Assembly: GCA_964016885.1 (NCBI GenBank)
Contig: OZ024740.1
Location: 206,212,001-206,276,000 of the forward strand
Length of the DNA stretch: 64,000 nt
Origin: Eledone cirrhosa
Lineage: Eukaryota
Reading direction: 5' to 3'
Made by a program: the position numbers and the translations under genes. Each line of letters begins with the position of its first letter. Position 1 is the first letter of the stretch. Shown piece after piece: positions 23,527 to 37,840 of the stretch. The notes under the pieces were generated by a model. It was not told where the DNA came from and made no database searches. It saw only the letters and a program-made list of their open reading frames with translations.

Positions 23527-26500
23527 ATGGATGGATTATCAGAAGATTACAATTGCTTTCAACCCAGCCACTTCGTCATCTTAGATTCTCAAAATTCTTG
23601 CCCTAAATCATTGAATGAAACTTCTTTTTTGAAATCTCTTCCTGCACTTCAGACACCAAAAGCTCAAGTGAGAAAATTCCGCAGTTTTTCATCCTGATAT
23701 TTCCTTTCTATGTTCTTGACCATACAGGGTTTTGTGAAGAATTAGATTGTCTAGATTCTTCTGTGTTAACATCACTGACAACTAAAATTTAGAACGTTTT
23801 CAGGGTAGACACAAAATTATTACCAAGACCTGCCATGAAGAAAGTTATATCTACTTAAAATGCCCCCTTTCATTTCTTTCAAAACAGATGAAATAGTTGT
23901 TTTTCATTCATATAAAAAGCAATTTATTGTTAATTTTTTATGGGGAGAATATCAGTTGACATGTAACTGTGCATAGGAAGTCTTTCTTGATAATCCCGGA
24001 AAGATTTTTCATTGTACACATAAAGCAACTTTTCAAGATTTCAGTTCTATTTAGGCTCTACTCAGATTGTGGAACTCATGCTTGGTAGCCTTTCTTATTA
24101 GTTATATAACCATCTGATAAAGTAGTTCCCTTTGTGATCATATTGATCTGGGGTTGATCCTACTTTGTGGCACCTTGAGCAACAGGTTGACTGAAACTTT
24201 GTGAGAGAAATTGGGTTCACAAAAACTGACCAGTCAGATGAACTGTACTTTTTCATAGTTGGTACTTACTCCATCACTTGATTTCATGCCACCATTTGCC
24301 CTTGGATGTCTTTAGCAGAGTCAACTCTATTGCTGACATTAGGGCCATGTCTCTGTTTTGAAGATAACTCTGTGTTGTTTTTTACTGTAGAAACCAATAA
24401 ATCATCCTCTCCGCTCTTTCCTCCACCAGTCTTCAAGACCCTGTAAAGATCATAGACACTGCTTTATCTCCTGTAACTAAGCCATAAAGATAATATAACA
24501 TGTAATTTTCATCTACAGTGGATAAGAACTTACAAAAGGAGCCGTTCTGCCAATAACTCTTCAGCATTAACGAGTGGTACCAAATCAAGTTGTCCTAAGA
24601 TGTACCAGTAATATATTAGATCATTTCTTCTTGTTATATGACTTTAGACTGCAATACCCCTTCATGGGTTGCAACCATTTCTGTGTTGTTTAAAAGTTCA
24701 CTTCTCAACAACAACATAGTTTTTGGTTCAATCCCACTACATGAAACCTTGGGAAAATGTCTTTTATCAAAGTTTTGGGTCAATCAAAACCCTTTGAGTG
24801 AAATTTGAGTGGTGGAAACTGTGTAGAAGCCATTCAGAAGTAAGCATTTCTGTTGTCCATTTTAACACTACAATGTAACCCTTGGGTACTTTTAGCAGAG
24901 TCTGCTCTGTTGCAAGCATCTTGGCCAGGCATCCAGTCTAAGTGAGAGATACCCTGAAAATAATCATGAGCACTCTTTCTCCTCCATGAATTCAGTGATA
25001 TTAGACTTTGTTAACTCTTAACATCTTGTAATAATTTAGCAGAAAATATCTAAGAACAGGTTTTGCTAATTCAAAAGTTTCTAACATTTTTTCTAGCTGT
25101 CTTTATATTGTGAAAATTTGCAGTATAAGAGTAAAGATATCAATTGTTTTGTATTTTTCAAGAATGTCTTGCTAATGTAGTTCTATGTGGTACAGGATGT
25201 TAAAAATAAAAGCCAATAATTATCATTGTTTTCTGGGAGTGTGTGTTGGGGGTTGCTATTGAAATTTCTGTGTCTGTTGTTACTAACAGCAGATGAAATG
25301 TCATATGTATGAGCAAGGAATACTTCATACATTAAGTTATTAAATTTATTTCATAACAGGAAACATGCAAGTTATCATGAAGCAAGATATTATCTCCACC
25401 AAATATTTGAGTTTCAATCATTTCAAATAGCCTTCTTCTTATTCGTCCACTTATTCCTGAGAAAGTCATGGGGGCAGAGTCCTCAAACATTCCTTCCAGC
25501 AGGTCCTGTCAGAAGCAACCATCTCCAACTGATCCAGCTGGATCCACAAGCGAGACCAGTCAAGCTCATGGATATTATCCAACCATGGTACTCAGGGTTT
25601 ACCCTTGGGTCTTCTGCCAGTTGGTTTTGCCCATAAAATCTGTCCAGCAATTCTTTCCTGAGACATTCTAACCACATGCCAATTGTATCGGAGCTGTATC
25701 TCTCTATTCGGAGAAGTAGTGGCTCTCTGCATTTTGTACCTAAGGATTTACCCCTGTGATAATTTTGCTACACATTCTTTTTCTTTTTTCTTCTTCTCTA
25801 TCTCTAGCTTTTTAGCATCTTTTAAATACTTTTTGGTTTTAATGGCTTTATAAATGCATTAAAGTTTATAAGCTCTGTTGGACAATTTCACCATTTTTAT
25901 AGAATAAGCAGCTTTTGCAAGTTTTTGACTTGGATTGTTGGACAGGGAATTTCATATTCCACTTTCTGGTTATATATCTCCTCAATGTTTGAATAAGTAA
26001 CTCCACTCACATCAGTTAATTTACCTTTTCATCTTCTACTTTAACCCTTTAACATTTACATTACTCTATATATACTATTGTATTTTCACAGTAAATGCTT
26101 TACCTCACATAATATTGAATCTATGAGATTTTGATATTATTTATTTTGAGAACAATACCTTAACATCAGTATTAGTGCCGGTTACAGCCTGTTTGAACAG
26201 AAAGAGGTGAGAGAATTAAGGCTGGTTTAAATGCTAAAGGGTTAATCTATGTTATTCCAACTTGATTGATTTTGTTTTCCTATTTTAGAGTGAACACGTG
26301 GGCGTCAGTCTTTCCCCAAATCAAAAGTCTGCAGTTTCAGAGGCTTATCAATGTGATATTGACCTTAGTAAGTGTGACTGTATCATCTTCTATCATCATT
26401 AACATTTAATTATGTAAAGTTTTAGTACTTATTAGATATAGATTAAAAGCATGTTTTAATATAATATGGTTAGAGTGTTAATGTAATATATCTTATTATA

Positions 26501-29500
26501 ACACAATGAATTGAAGACAAGCCACTGCTTATGTTGTCTATATTTAGTGTATTTATAGAAACAGCCCCTCTCTAAGTAATATCCATTAGAGCAATTGAAC
26601 TCAAAACTACAACCTAACAAATTTCTTGACAGTTTTACAATACTGCTCCTAACAGTGATGGTCTGTACTCCCCACTGAGATATCTACATTCACCTTTTTG
26701 GATTAAACCATTGACAGTTAGTTATCTGGGCCATGGACACTTTGCAGTGCTGCTGACAAGACCATCATCATCATCGACGTCATTTTAATGTCTGTTTTTC
26801 CTGCTAGCAAAGGTTAGACTGACCGGTCCAGACAAACCAAGTCAGTACTGAAGTAGAGCCACTGATCTCTCAGGCAAGCCAGGGATCTGTGCTTCGCTTA
26901 TGTACAGTCTCACATTCTATTTGAGTGCTCTGTCCTTGACACAACTGAGGGTCCTCCTGACCCTTTGTCTGGCAAGCTTTCTACAGCTGCATGCCCTTTC
27001 TATCACCAACCACTTTATAGAGTGTACTGGGTATGTTTATTGTGTAGATCACCAACACTAGAGAGGCTGTCATGTCCTTCAGACAACTGAAGGGTCCAAA
27101 TCTTTTAACTGGTAGCCCTGAATCCTTTTTCATTAGTAATCTGTGCTTCTCAAAGTACTAGATAACTAACACATAAATCATGGGTTATTGAACACATTCC
27201 TGTCTTGTTAGAATATTGATAGCACTGTTTATAGTTGAACAGTCAATACTAAAATGGGACATGCTATTTTTTCTACTTTTCTGCTGTTAATATCTTGAGG
27301 GAATAGATGTACATCAAAAACTTCTCACCTAAAATATAAGCCAATTATAGAATTGTTTTGGTAGCTATTATCATCATCATCATCCCCATTATTATTCATG
27401 TTCTACACTTGTAATTCCATATTAACATTAATCTTCAAAATGACATACAAGTTTAACTTTGCTTACTACATATTGCTCTCTATTTTCTTAGATTAAACAT
27501 CATCATCACTGTTTAACGTCCATTTTTCCACGCTATGCATTTCATTCAGTCCTTGTGTATTTTTGATAAAACTTATTTCAATTCATATTTCTTCACTTGT
27601 TCGTTGATCTCCACACCCACCCACCTCTCTCTCTCTCTCTCTTGGAACTGCATTAGTAATTCTTGTGAAGTACAAAACAGCACAATGACTGCATCATATA
27701 AAAACAAATTGAAGTCTTTCATCTAATACTGCAAATATTTACAATGATCTATCTACGAGTAAAAATACTATAAACATTTGAATAAAACTTGCTTTAGATA
27801 TTTTCTGCTAAATCATAACAGAATGTTAAGAGTTAATACTTGGGTTAAAAGAAGTATCTATTTCTAACTTCATCAGGGTTGAATAAAATCAGTACCAATC
27901 ATGTATTGGGTTGAACTAAGATATGGTATACCTATTCTAAAACTAAGATATATGCTGGGATAAGGTGTAGCTATTCTAAAACTAAGATATGGTGTATTTA
28001 TTCTAAAACTAGGATACATACTGGGGTATGGTGTAGCTATTCTAAAACTAAGATACACGCACTTATATGTTATATAAAACACTAGGATATGGTGTAGTAA
28101 TTCTGAACTAAGATACATGCAGTCATATGTTCTATTAAAACATTGGAATAAATGTACATATTTTATTTTTGTCTTATAGTTGATTCCTCTAATTTTCCTG
28201 AAGTGAAATCAAAATTCTTAGAAACCTTAGAAATGGAAAGTAATCAAACTGCAACTCACAGGTAGCTATAAAACTCCTTTCTTGTTCCTTTTGTTTCAAC
28301 CCTTTCATTACCATATTTATAATGAAATAACCTGTATTCAAATTAAGGAAGAAATTAGACTTGCACTTGATGGGTTTGATCCTGAGTACTGCATCGTTGA
28401 AATGAAAATCAGTGCCGCGAAAACTGAGACACTCGTCCTCTTAATGAAGCCTGCATGGTGCACTCTACATGTGAAGCAGGTGGAGATGTTCAAGTATCTC
28501 AGGACCATGTTCACGAGTGATGGAAGGCAGGAGGCTGAATTAAATGCAAGAATTGTAGGAGCTGGTGCAGTAATGTGCCAGCTTCAGCATTCAGTAATCA
28601 GAAGGTGGTGGGGGGTAGGCATAAAAGCCAAACTCACTATCTTCAATTTGGTATTCATGCCAACCTTTAACTATGGTTGTGAATCTTGGGTAATGACCAA
28701 AAAAATACGATCATGAAACAGGCGGACGGAATGGTGTTCCTCCAAAGGGTCTTTGGAGTAACGTTACTCAATAGAGTGTGTAGCTCAGAGATCAGAGAGT
28801 TACACTTAACTCCAAATGGCCTAACACACCTAACTTTAATTTGATAATGTAGGTTGTATAGTTTACTTCTATAAACAGTGGTAACTCTGTGGAAATGATG
28901 TATGCTTTATTGACTGGTTGTGCTGAGATCAAGTCTTCTGGTGGTAAATGCTGTCTATAATAGACTAGTGTCTTGTCCAGGAGGAAGGAAGAGTTATCTC
29001 TCATTTACTTAAAATACTTCAGAAACCAGATAAAAATATTAGCTCTAGGGAACCTTGTGATTTGTAAAAAGATTAATTAATATGAAAGGAAGCTATGTCA
29101 TTTATTAGTCCCTTATTGAGCTCTTTCTTTTCTTTGCCTATTTTATTAGTTTCTTATTCCAATCACTAGATCCAACACTTAAAAAATATAAATACAGTCA
29201 GGCTTTTCTACCTATTCACTTTACTGAACGAGATGTTTTTTCTAGAACTAGGCTTTTTGTCATGTCACCAACACAACCAATTTATAGTATGGACTTGCCA
29301 CTTTTTGTTGTGTCACCAACACAACCATTTTACAGTGGATTTGCCACTTTTTGTCATGTCATCAACACAACCACTTTACAATGTGGACTTGCCACTTTTT
29401 GTTGTGTCACCAACACAACCACTTTACTATTTGATTATAATAAAATAGATGTTGCAAAACCTTATGCATCATTTAAATACATAACATATGTTTTAATATT

Positions 29501-32500
29501 GAGTTTTATCCAATTAGCCTTTAGGAGGCTGAATTTGTTTATGAATTGCTTCCCTTGAGACTGTATTATATATTAAGGGGAAATTACTATATTGGTGACT
29601 TCTGTCACCCACAGCACCAAGTGGTTTAAAGTAATATAAATTCTATTATTTGCATATCTTTCTTTCTCAGTGAATCATCTGGTGAAGACTCACACAGATA
29701 TGTTTGCAATCTGTCACAACTCCCATTTCTTAAACATTCTACTTTTAAAGAAACCCCATCACTTACAGGTATGTTGTTTTATTTATATTTCTTGTAACTT
29801 AAAGAATAAACATCACAAAATTAATTTTTGAATCTATAAACTATCAGTTTTTCTTTTCTTCCAATCAATTATTTCTCTTTATATATTTAACTACTGATGT
29901 TGTCATTAATATCCTCAACATATGCACGACCATAATTTATCCAAGTTAACTGTATGTCTTGTTAGACCAGGAATCTGTACCGTGAAGGTTCCTCGTTCAT
30001 GTCACAGGCCTCAGCAATCTCTCCATGCCACTGATGTTGTCCAAGGGAAAGGCAAGGGCTGATATAGTTTGGCATCAGTAATGTTGCAGATAAACTCAGA
30101 ACAGAAAGGGCTGAAAGAGATACTGCAAAGTATCATATTCAATGTTCTAACAATTCCACCAACTTTCAGCTACCCCAGACTGGTACTTTATTGACCCTAA
30201 AAAGGTGAAAGGCAAAGTTGACCTAGGCAGGATTTGAACTTGGAATACAGCAAGGTATTTAATCTGATACTCTAACAACCCTGCCAATTCACCACCTACC
30301 ATAACTATCATTTATTTTACTAAAATTGTTTGCAATTCCATGAGAGCCAATGGAAGTTTTTACTAGCATCTCTTATTCCAAAAGTTCAGATGCATAACGT
30401 TCCTCTCATTAAACAATTTTGATTTTTTCCACTCAGGGTTGGATTTATTACCTTGGGGGCCCCTCATGCACAAAAAATTAGAATACACAGCAACCCCCTC
30501 AATTTTACATATCAAAGTTAGCTTGGTACAAGTAATTGGAATTAAAAGTTATACATACAGGTATTTAATTCAAAAATTCTAACCATCCTAAAACTATAAA
30601 GACTAACTGAGGGCACAAATAAATTGCTACGACTGTTGCTTGTTGGGCCTCCCACTGCAGAGGACCCAGGGCAATTTCCCCCTATTATATCTGGCCCTAC
30701 TTCCACTACTAGTAATTATTTTATTGGCTTCTGAGAAATGGAAAGCAGCATTTAGGACCGTGAAGCATTGGGAGACTAGAGAAGTTTTGTGGGACGTTAG
30801 TTAGAATTGATCTCAATTTGCTGAAGTTTTGTGGCTGTTCTGTTGATTCTGTCAAGGGGAACACTCGTCGTACCCAACAGAGTGCTGCTACTGTGAAAAC
30901 TGGATTGCATTTTTGTAAACTAATATTTATCAATTTTACGTTGGGCTACAAAGTAAGTTTAAATAAAATTATTTTCAGCTAATGTTGCCTGTGAAAAACC
31001 AAGTTCATCTAAAGCCTCCACATCAGAAACTGTACAAAATGTAATGGAATCTATGGGAAAAGCTCCTGAATCTAAAAATATTTTGTATGTATCTGGACAT
31101 TTTGTTTTTTCGTTTGACTATTTTGGGAGAAAAAAAGGACAGTGTACAGAACATTTAGATAGGAGGATGTTCTTTAAAAATCTCCCTTTTTATTTTTTAT
31201 TGCTATTTGATGTATAGTCATCACCATGTAGTGAACACGATCAATGTTTTCCTCAGTGGTGGCAGTTGTAGAACATCCAGACCTTGGGTCATCTTCAAGA
31301 CTCTCCCTTGCCTTCCTAAATTCAACTGCCCACTTTTGCACTGTTGATTAAGTTTAAGTGTCATTCCTTAATGTTGCAGCCATGTCAGCATAAATGTCTT
31401 TGGGGGCTAAACCCTATTTCTGAAGGTACTTGATAACACCATGATGCTAAATTTTGTCCATTTCCAAGAGAAGTCACTATTAGTCATTTTTGAAGTCTTC
31501 TTTGAATAGTCAGCTGTCTGTTTACCTGGAAAGAAACGATGCAGTTATTAATAAGAAAATTGAAATTATTGTGTGCAAGATTTCACAGCTCTAGCATCAC
31601 TACTTCATAATCAGCCTATGAAGTTTTCAGCCCACCCTCATATTCTTATTTATTCTATTCCTGCTGGCATATAGAGTAATTGTGACTATAACAATTACAC
31701 TGTTTAATATAATCATTTATAGTAGAAGTTCTCAAACTTTTGGGGCCACCGCTCCCCTCATGACCACATAATACCGTCAGTGCCCCCCACCCCTATTTCA
31801 AGAGAAACCTGCCTACATGCAATAATATATGCTATGTATAAATAAATATTATATATTTTTTTTATTTTACTATATTTATATATAATAGAGGCACATGGCT
31901 TAGTGGTAAGAGCATTGGCCTTGCAATCGAAAGGTTGTGAGTTCAATTCTCAGACCGAGTGATGTGTTGTTTCCTTGAGCAAGACACTTTATTTCACATT
32001 GCTTCAGTTTACTCAGCTGTAGAAATGAGATAATAGGGACTGGGGTCCCTATCATTCCACTGCAAAGTGGACGTGTAGGCGCCACAGAAAAAAAGCACCC
32101 AGCACTCACTGTAAATGAGGTTGGTGTTAGGAAGGGCATCCAGCTGTAGAAATCAAGCCAGAATCAGTTCCCGTCCCACCCTTGCAAGCAGGGAAAAGCG
32201 GACGTAAAATGATGATGATATATCATTTGATATTTAATATACTATTATATCATCTCTACCACCCCCATAGGCCCCAGTGCCCCCCCTCCCTAGACCTTCT
32301 CAACGCCCCAGTATAACTGTTTGTCACAGTTATACTGTATGATAATATAATCATATAGAGTAGTAGTGACTGTGTTTGTCACAGTTATACTGTATGATAA
32401 TATAATCATATAGAGTAGTAGTGACTGTGTTTGTCACAGTTATACTGTATGATAATATAATCATATAGAATAATTGTGACAGTGTGTGTCACAGTTATCA

Positions 32501-35500
32501 TCATCATTTCATTTTACGTCCGCTTTTCCCTGCTTGCAAGGGTGGGACGGGAACTGATTTTGGCTTGATTTCTACAGCTGGATGCCCTTCCTAACACCAA
32601 CCTCATTTACAGTGAGTGCTGGGTGCTTTTTTGCCGTGGCACCTGCATGACCACTTTGCAGTGGAATGATATGGACCCCAGTCCCTATCATCTCATTTCT
32701 ACAGCTGAGTAAACTGGAGCAATGTGAAATAAAGTGTCTTGCTCAAGGAAACAACACATCACCCGGTCTGAGAATTGAACTCACAACCTTTCGATTGCAA
32801 GGCCAATGCTCTAACCACTAATATAATCATATAGAGTAGTAACGACTGTGTTTGTCACAGTTATACTGTATGATAATATAATCATATAGAGTAGTAGTGA
32901 CAGTGTTTGTCACAGTTATACTATGATAATATAATCATATAGAGTAGTAGTAACTGTGTTTGTCACAGTTATACTGTATGATAATATAATCATATAGAGT
33001 AGTAATGACTGTGTTTGTCACAGTTATACTATGATAATATAATCATATAGAGTAGAAGTGACTGTGTTTGTCACAGTTATACTGTATGATAATATAATCA
33101 TATAGTGTAGAAGTGACAGTGTTTGTCACAGTTATACTATGATAATATAATCATATACATAAAAATGTGCAAATCTTTGTCTTGATTTAGTATTGTTTAT
33201 AATAATTTTATTTAGAACTGGAAAACCTGAGGAAATTGAATCTAAAACTTTAGCCCGTAAATTTCTGTTTAAAAGTGGCCAAGATGATTCAATAAGTGAT
33301 GATAGAGGTAACTGAAGGAATTTATTATTCAAATTTATTTTTTTTATAAATCCTTATATATATTATCTATATCATGTTTAGTTATATAAACTATGTTTAT
33401 TAGTTTTCCACATCAAATTGACTTTCTACATAGTTATTCAGTCCCCAGAATTCACAATTCACTGTTTTTATTAAATGCTAAGGTGAGAAAACCCAACTCA
33501 AAACTTAAATATGTTGAATTATAATCTGTATTCTTTCACCTAAATGATGCCATTGTTTCTGATATCATCATCAAACAGAGTAAACAAATTGTTTGGAAGC
33601 CCATCGGATGGACTCTACCTGGAATGCAAAGGGCCAGCTTCGTCACACACTATAATTGGTGTTAGGAAGGGCATCCAGCTGTAGAAACCAAACCCAAATC
33701 AGTTCTGTATGAGCAAGATATGGTCATCTGACCTTGACTTGCCTCGAATAGAACAACCAGTCTAACCCATGTTGGCATGGAAAAATGGATGTTAAACGGT
33801 GATGATGGTGATGATACAAAGCTGTTTATTTTAAAGTGTTTATATTTATCTAAAATCCTTCCATCATAAGCTTAATAATAAGAATGTTATGTTATTAAAT
33901 ATCTCAAAATTCTTGATTATTTTCCAAACTAACTTAAAGCTAGGAGCAGAAATGTGGTAAGAAAAGGGTTAAAAGTAATGTCACTGTGTTGGTAGAGAAC
34001 CCATAATAATTTCTAATTTATTTAAATATAAATAGAAAGGCCTTCAAAAGTATAATCATATATATGTAAATTGCTTTTAATCTTTCTTTACAACATTCAG
34101 TTAGTATTAAAGTATTCACAAAGTGTCTTATTGATAAGTTCAAACTTCAGAGCAGTTGTTCCAGAAAGAAGAAAATGTAATTGTTCTTAAACACTTGTTT
34201 CAGTTGATTTTCACACTAATATCATTTATGTAAAAATTATTACCTCTTAGCACCATCACCACCACTACTACTACCATCATCATTGTCATCATCATCACCA
34301 CAACCACTACCACCATCATCATCACCACCACCACCACTACCACCATCATCATCATCATCGTCCATTTTCAACAAGGGTTGTGTTATATTCATTTTATTCA
34401 AAAATATAGAAATAATTAGATATAATATAAATCTTGATAATAAGGCCTGACTTTCAATAAATGTAGAATAGCTATTAAAATGATCAGATCTCCATTTGAA
34501 TTTCCCATTCAATGAAACAAGTGAATCATGCAACAATACTATAAAGACCCTTGTCAAATTAATGTGTGACTGAGTATTCTACAAACAGGTGTGCCCTTAA
34601 CACAGTTGTGAGGGAGATTCAGCATGACACATTGTGTGAGAAGCCTGGTCCTTTGAATTATAGGTACAGTTCAATTGACGTTTTTTAGATGACCATCACC
34701 ATCCTTTTGTTCCAGCAGTGACAGAGTAAAACAATTGACAAAAATACAAATAAAACGAAATTCTAATATTCAATTACTTTTTCTAAAAAGTATATTTTAT
34801 TAAAATGGAGACTTGTTTAACCTTATACATTATTAATTTACATTTTTTTTTTTAGAAAGTGAAGTAGAAGTGAATACTCCATCAAGACATATTGCTTCTC
34901 TACAAGTGTCTCCTCCTATGTCTGTGATAGTGTCAGATACAGCAGATGAGATGAAGTAAGTAGCTTGTTTCTTTGTTTGGTTAGGTTTTGTTTTCTTTCT
35001 TTAGAAGTTTTAGAATATCTTTAATATACAGTGACCAATGTGCAGGGGTCACCTATTTATGTAGATCGAAAGATTAAATAACCGTTTTTATTATGGATAC
35101 ACCAAATATGTAGAAACAATTAAAATAACCATAACAACAGAGTTTATCAATAACAACAAGAATTTACTGTATATTATTCCATTTTTCTTCTCCCTCCTTT
35201 TGATTCTCACCTCCCTCACACATAAATGTACATATATATATCAATTAAAAAGTTATTTGTCTCTAATACTTAGATATTTCAATGAATGGATAAAATATAC
35301 AGATTAAATATCAGACTCAGAGAAATAATTTAACATATTGAAATTATGCCAAAATCTGGGGGTGAGGTGGGGGATACAAGTCAGACTGACTACAATAAGT
35401 TAGTCTAACTCATAGAATCATCTCCCAATCGTGGTTTCTAGAATAGAGAAACTATTAATTATTTCAAATCATTGGAACAGCCAATGTTAGAAGAATTCTA

Positions 35501-37807
35501 TCATCAGGGAAGAATTCTTTGGAACAAGAGAAGATATTGAAAATAATGTATATAGACCATGTTGCTGCAACTCTTTTCAGGGTAAATAACTACAACCATT
35601 GATTTACTTATTAATTAATTAAGGTTGTATTTTCTCTAATAAATATTTGATGAATCAATTAACTTCATGGCAGAGTTGAATTTGTTTTTATTGCTGTAGA
35701 GTTAACCCTTTAGCATTTAAACCAGCCATATCTGGCCAAAATTCTCTCACCTCTTTCTTTTCAAACTGGCTGTAACCATCCACTCGTACTGATGTTAAGG
35801 TATTGTTCTCAAAATAAATAATATCAAAGCCTCATAGATTCGATATGTGAGATAATTATGCAAGATAAAGCCTTTACTGTGAAAATATAATAGTAAATAT
35901 AGAGTAATGTAAATGCTAAAGGGTTAATAGAACCAAATATTTTGGCTGGAAGTTGAGTTTAAAATTGTTATTTTACTTCTCAATATTTGATAATTTGTTG
36001 CTCATTTTTGTGATTGACAGTTACATTGAAGCATCACCTGAACATCAGTCATTCCCAATAATTATTCCTGATTCTCCAACCATGGAAAATTCTGACCAAG
36101 GTACATATTTTAATTTATTATCTGTTTTAAAAGGTCATTGGTTTGATTCCCATACCAGACAGAATGTTGTGTCAATAAGTAAGGCACTTCATTTCATGTT
36201 ACAGCAGCAGCAGGGGTTACGCCTATGACAGACTGGTGTCCCATTCAGTGGAGGAATTAGGATTGTACACTCAGCCAATACCAATTAAACTGAGATATTC
36301 TCCAGCTAGATGAACCTCTGGGCTTGAGATAGACTTTAACTTACAAAGATTTTTACTACAGGCACAATTTTAATTTATAATAATGTGATATACTGAACAC
36401 TTTATTTATTTATAAAAACAAGCATTTTATTTCATTTAATTAAGCATGAATAACATTGCAAATGAGGAAGGGATAAAGAGGGATAAAGAGAGGAAAGGAC
36501 TATAAAAGCCATAAATGAGAGGAAAAGGAAGGGAAAAGCAATGACTCTAGGGCCATCTATTATATAAATGACAATTTCTGTCTGTCTGTGTACTGTGTAT
36601 AACCAGTTGGTGCCTACACCAGTGATCCGATCCTGATGAAACTTTACACACATGTTAAGCTAATATTCAGAAACAGGACTGGCTAATTGTATTTCAATAA
36701 AAACCAATATGGCACATCTTTACAATGGAGGAGGAAAGAGAAGATGTTTCAGTGAGAGAGGGGGAAGAGGAGATACTACTACTGTATGTTAAACCCTCCC
36801 TCCCACTACTCAGTCCTCCAAAACGAGGCAACAACTTATTAGAAATATACATAAAAAAATTTCAAACAAAGCAGACAACAATCTAATTTTTGTTGATGAC
36901 CTAACAGATGTCTCTGTGTGTGTATATATATATATATATGTATATGTGTATATGTATATATATATACAGGGTGGAGACGATATTTGTTCACAAGATTACT
37001 GTCTAGGAAAAAATAACAGTTTTATTTTTTAAGATATATTTATCCAACTTGGGTCAGTTTGTCTTCATGACTTGTTCTTTCGATCTCACTCGATAAAACC
37101 GCCATTGGCTTTGATGACGGCCTCAAGGCGGCCTCGGAACCGGCTACAGGCCTTCGTCACTGTCCCACAACTTAGGTCCCTAAAGGCACTTGTGATCCTG
37201 GCCTTCAGATCGTCTATCATATTGCAGCTAGATATGTTGGTGTCTCGTTCCACTGCGCCCCACACAAAGAAGTCGAGGGGGTTGCAGTCAGGCGAGCTGG
37301 GAGGCCAGATGTCAGGTGAAGTGTTGTCAATGAAGTTCTCTGGCAGGGCGCTGAGTCTTGCTGCCACATGTACGGCCTACCTGCAGCTACCTGGCTCAGA
37401 AAGTGGATGTAGCCATCGGTGTTCAGCTTGAGGCCCTCAGGGAAGAAGTGAGGTGGCATGACGTCACCTTGACTGTTGACGACACCTAAGACCAATGTTG
37501 TCGGTGGAAACTTTGTCTGCATGACTCTGGGCACGTATTTGGATGAGACAGTGAGCCACCTGTTGTTCTGGTAGTTGATCTTCTGGTCTTATTTGTCCTC
37601 CCGGTGCGGATTCCAAGAAGAACTCCATGTCTCTTCGACAAATTTGGAGGTTCAAAATTATTCATAATCAATTATTCTGAAAATAAATAATGGAAATATA
37701 GTCACTGTTTTTATGAAGACAAGAGTGACAACGGAAGTAAAAATAATTTGCATAAAATTAGCAGTTGAAAATTGCGAACAAATATCGTCCGCACCCTGTA
37801 TATATAT

Positions 37808-37840
<33 letters not shown>

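Noticed and set aside
31890-31970. tRNA gene
   Set aside because: A/B boxes belong to a SINE head; no full cloverleaf, and it continues into SINE body
32310-33160. CRISPR-like regular palindromic array
   Set aside because: No unique spacers, eukaryotic intron context, no cas genes
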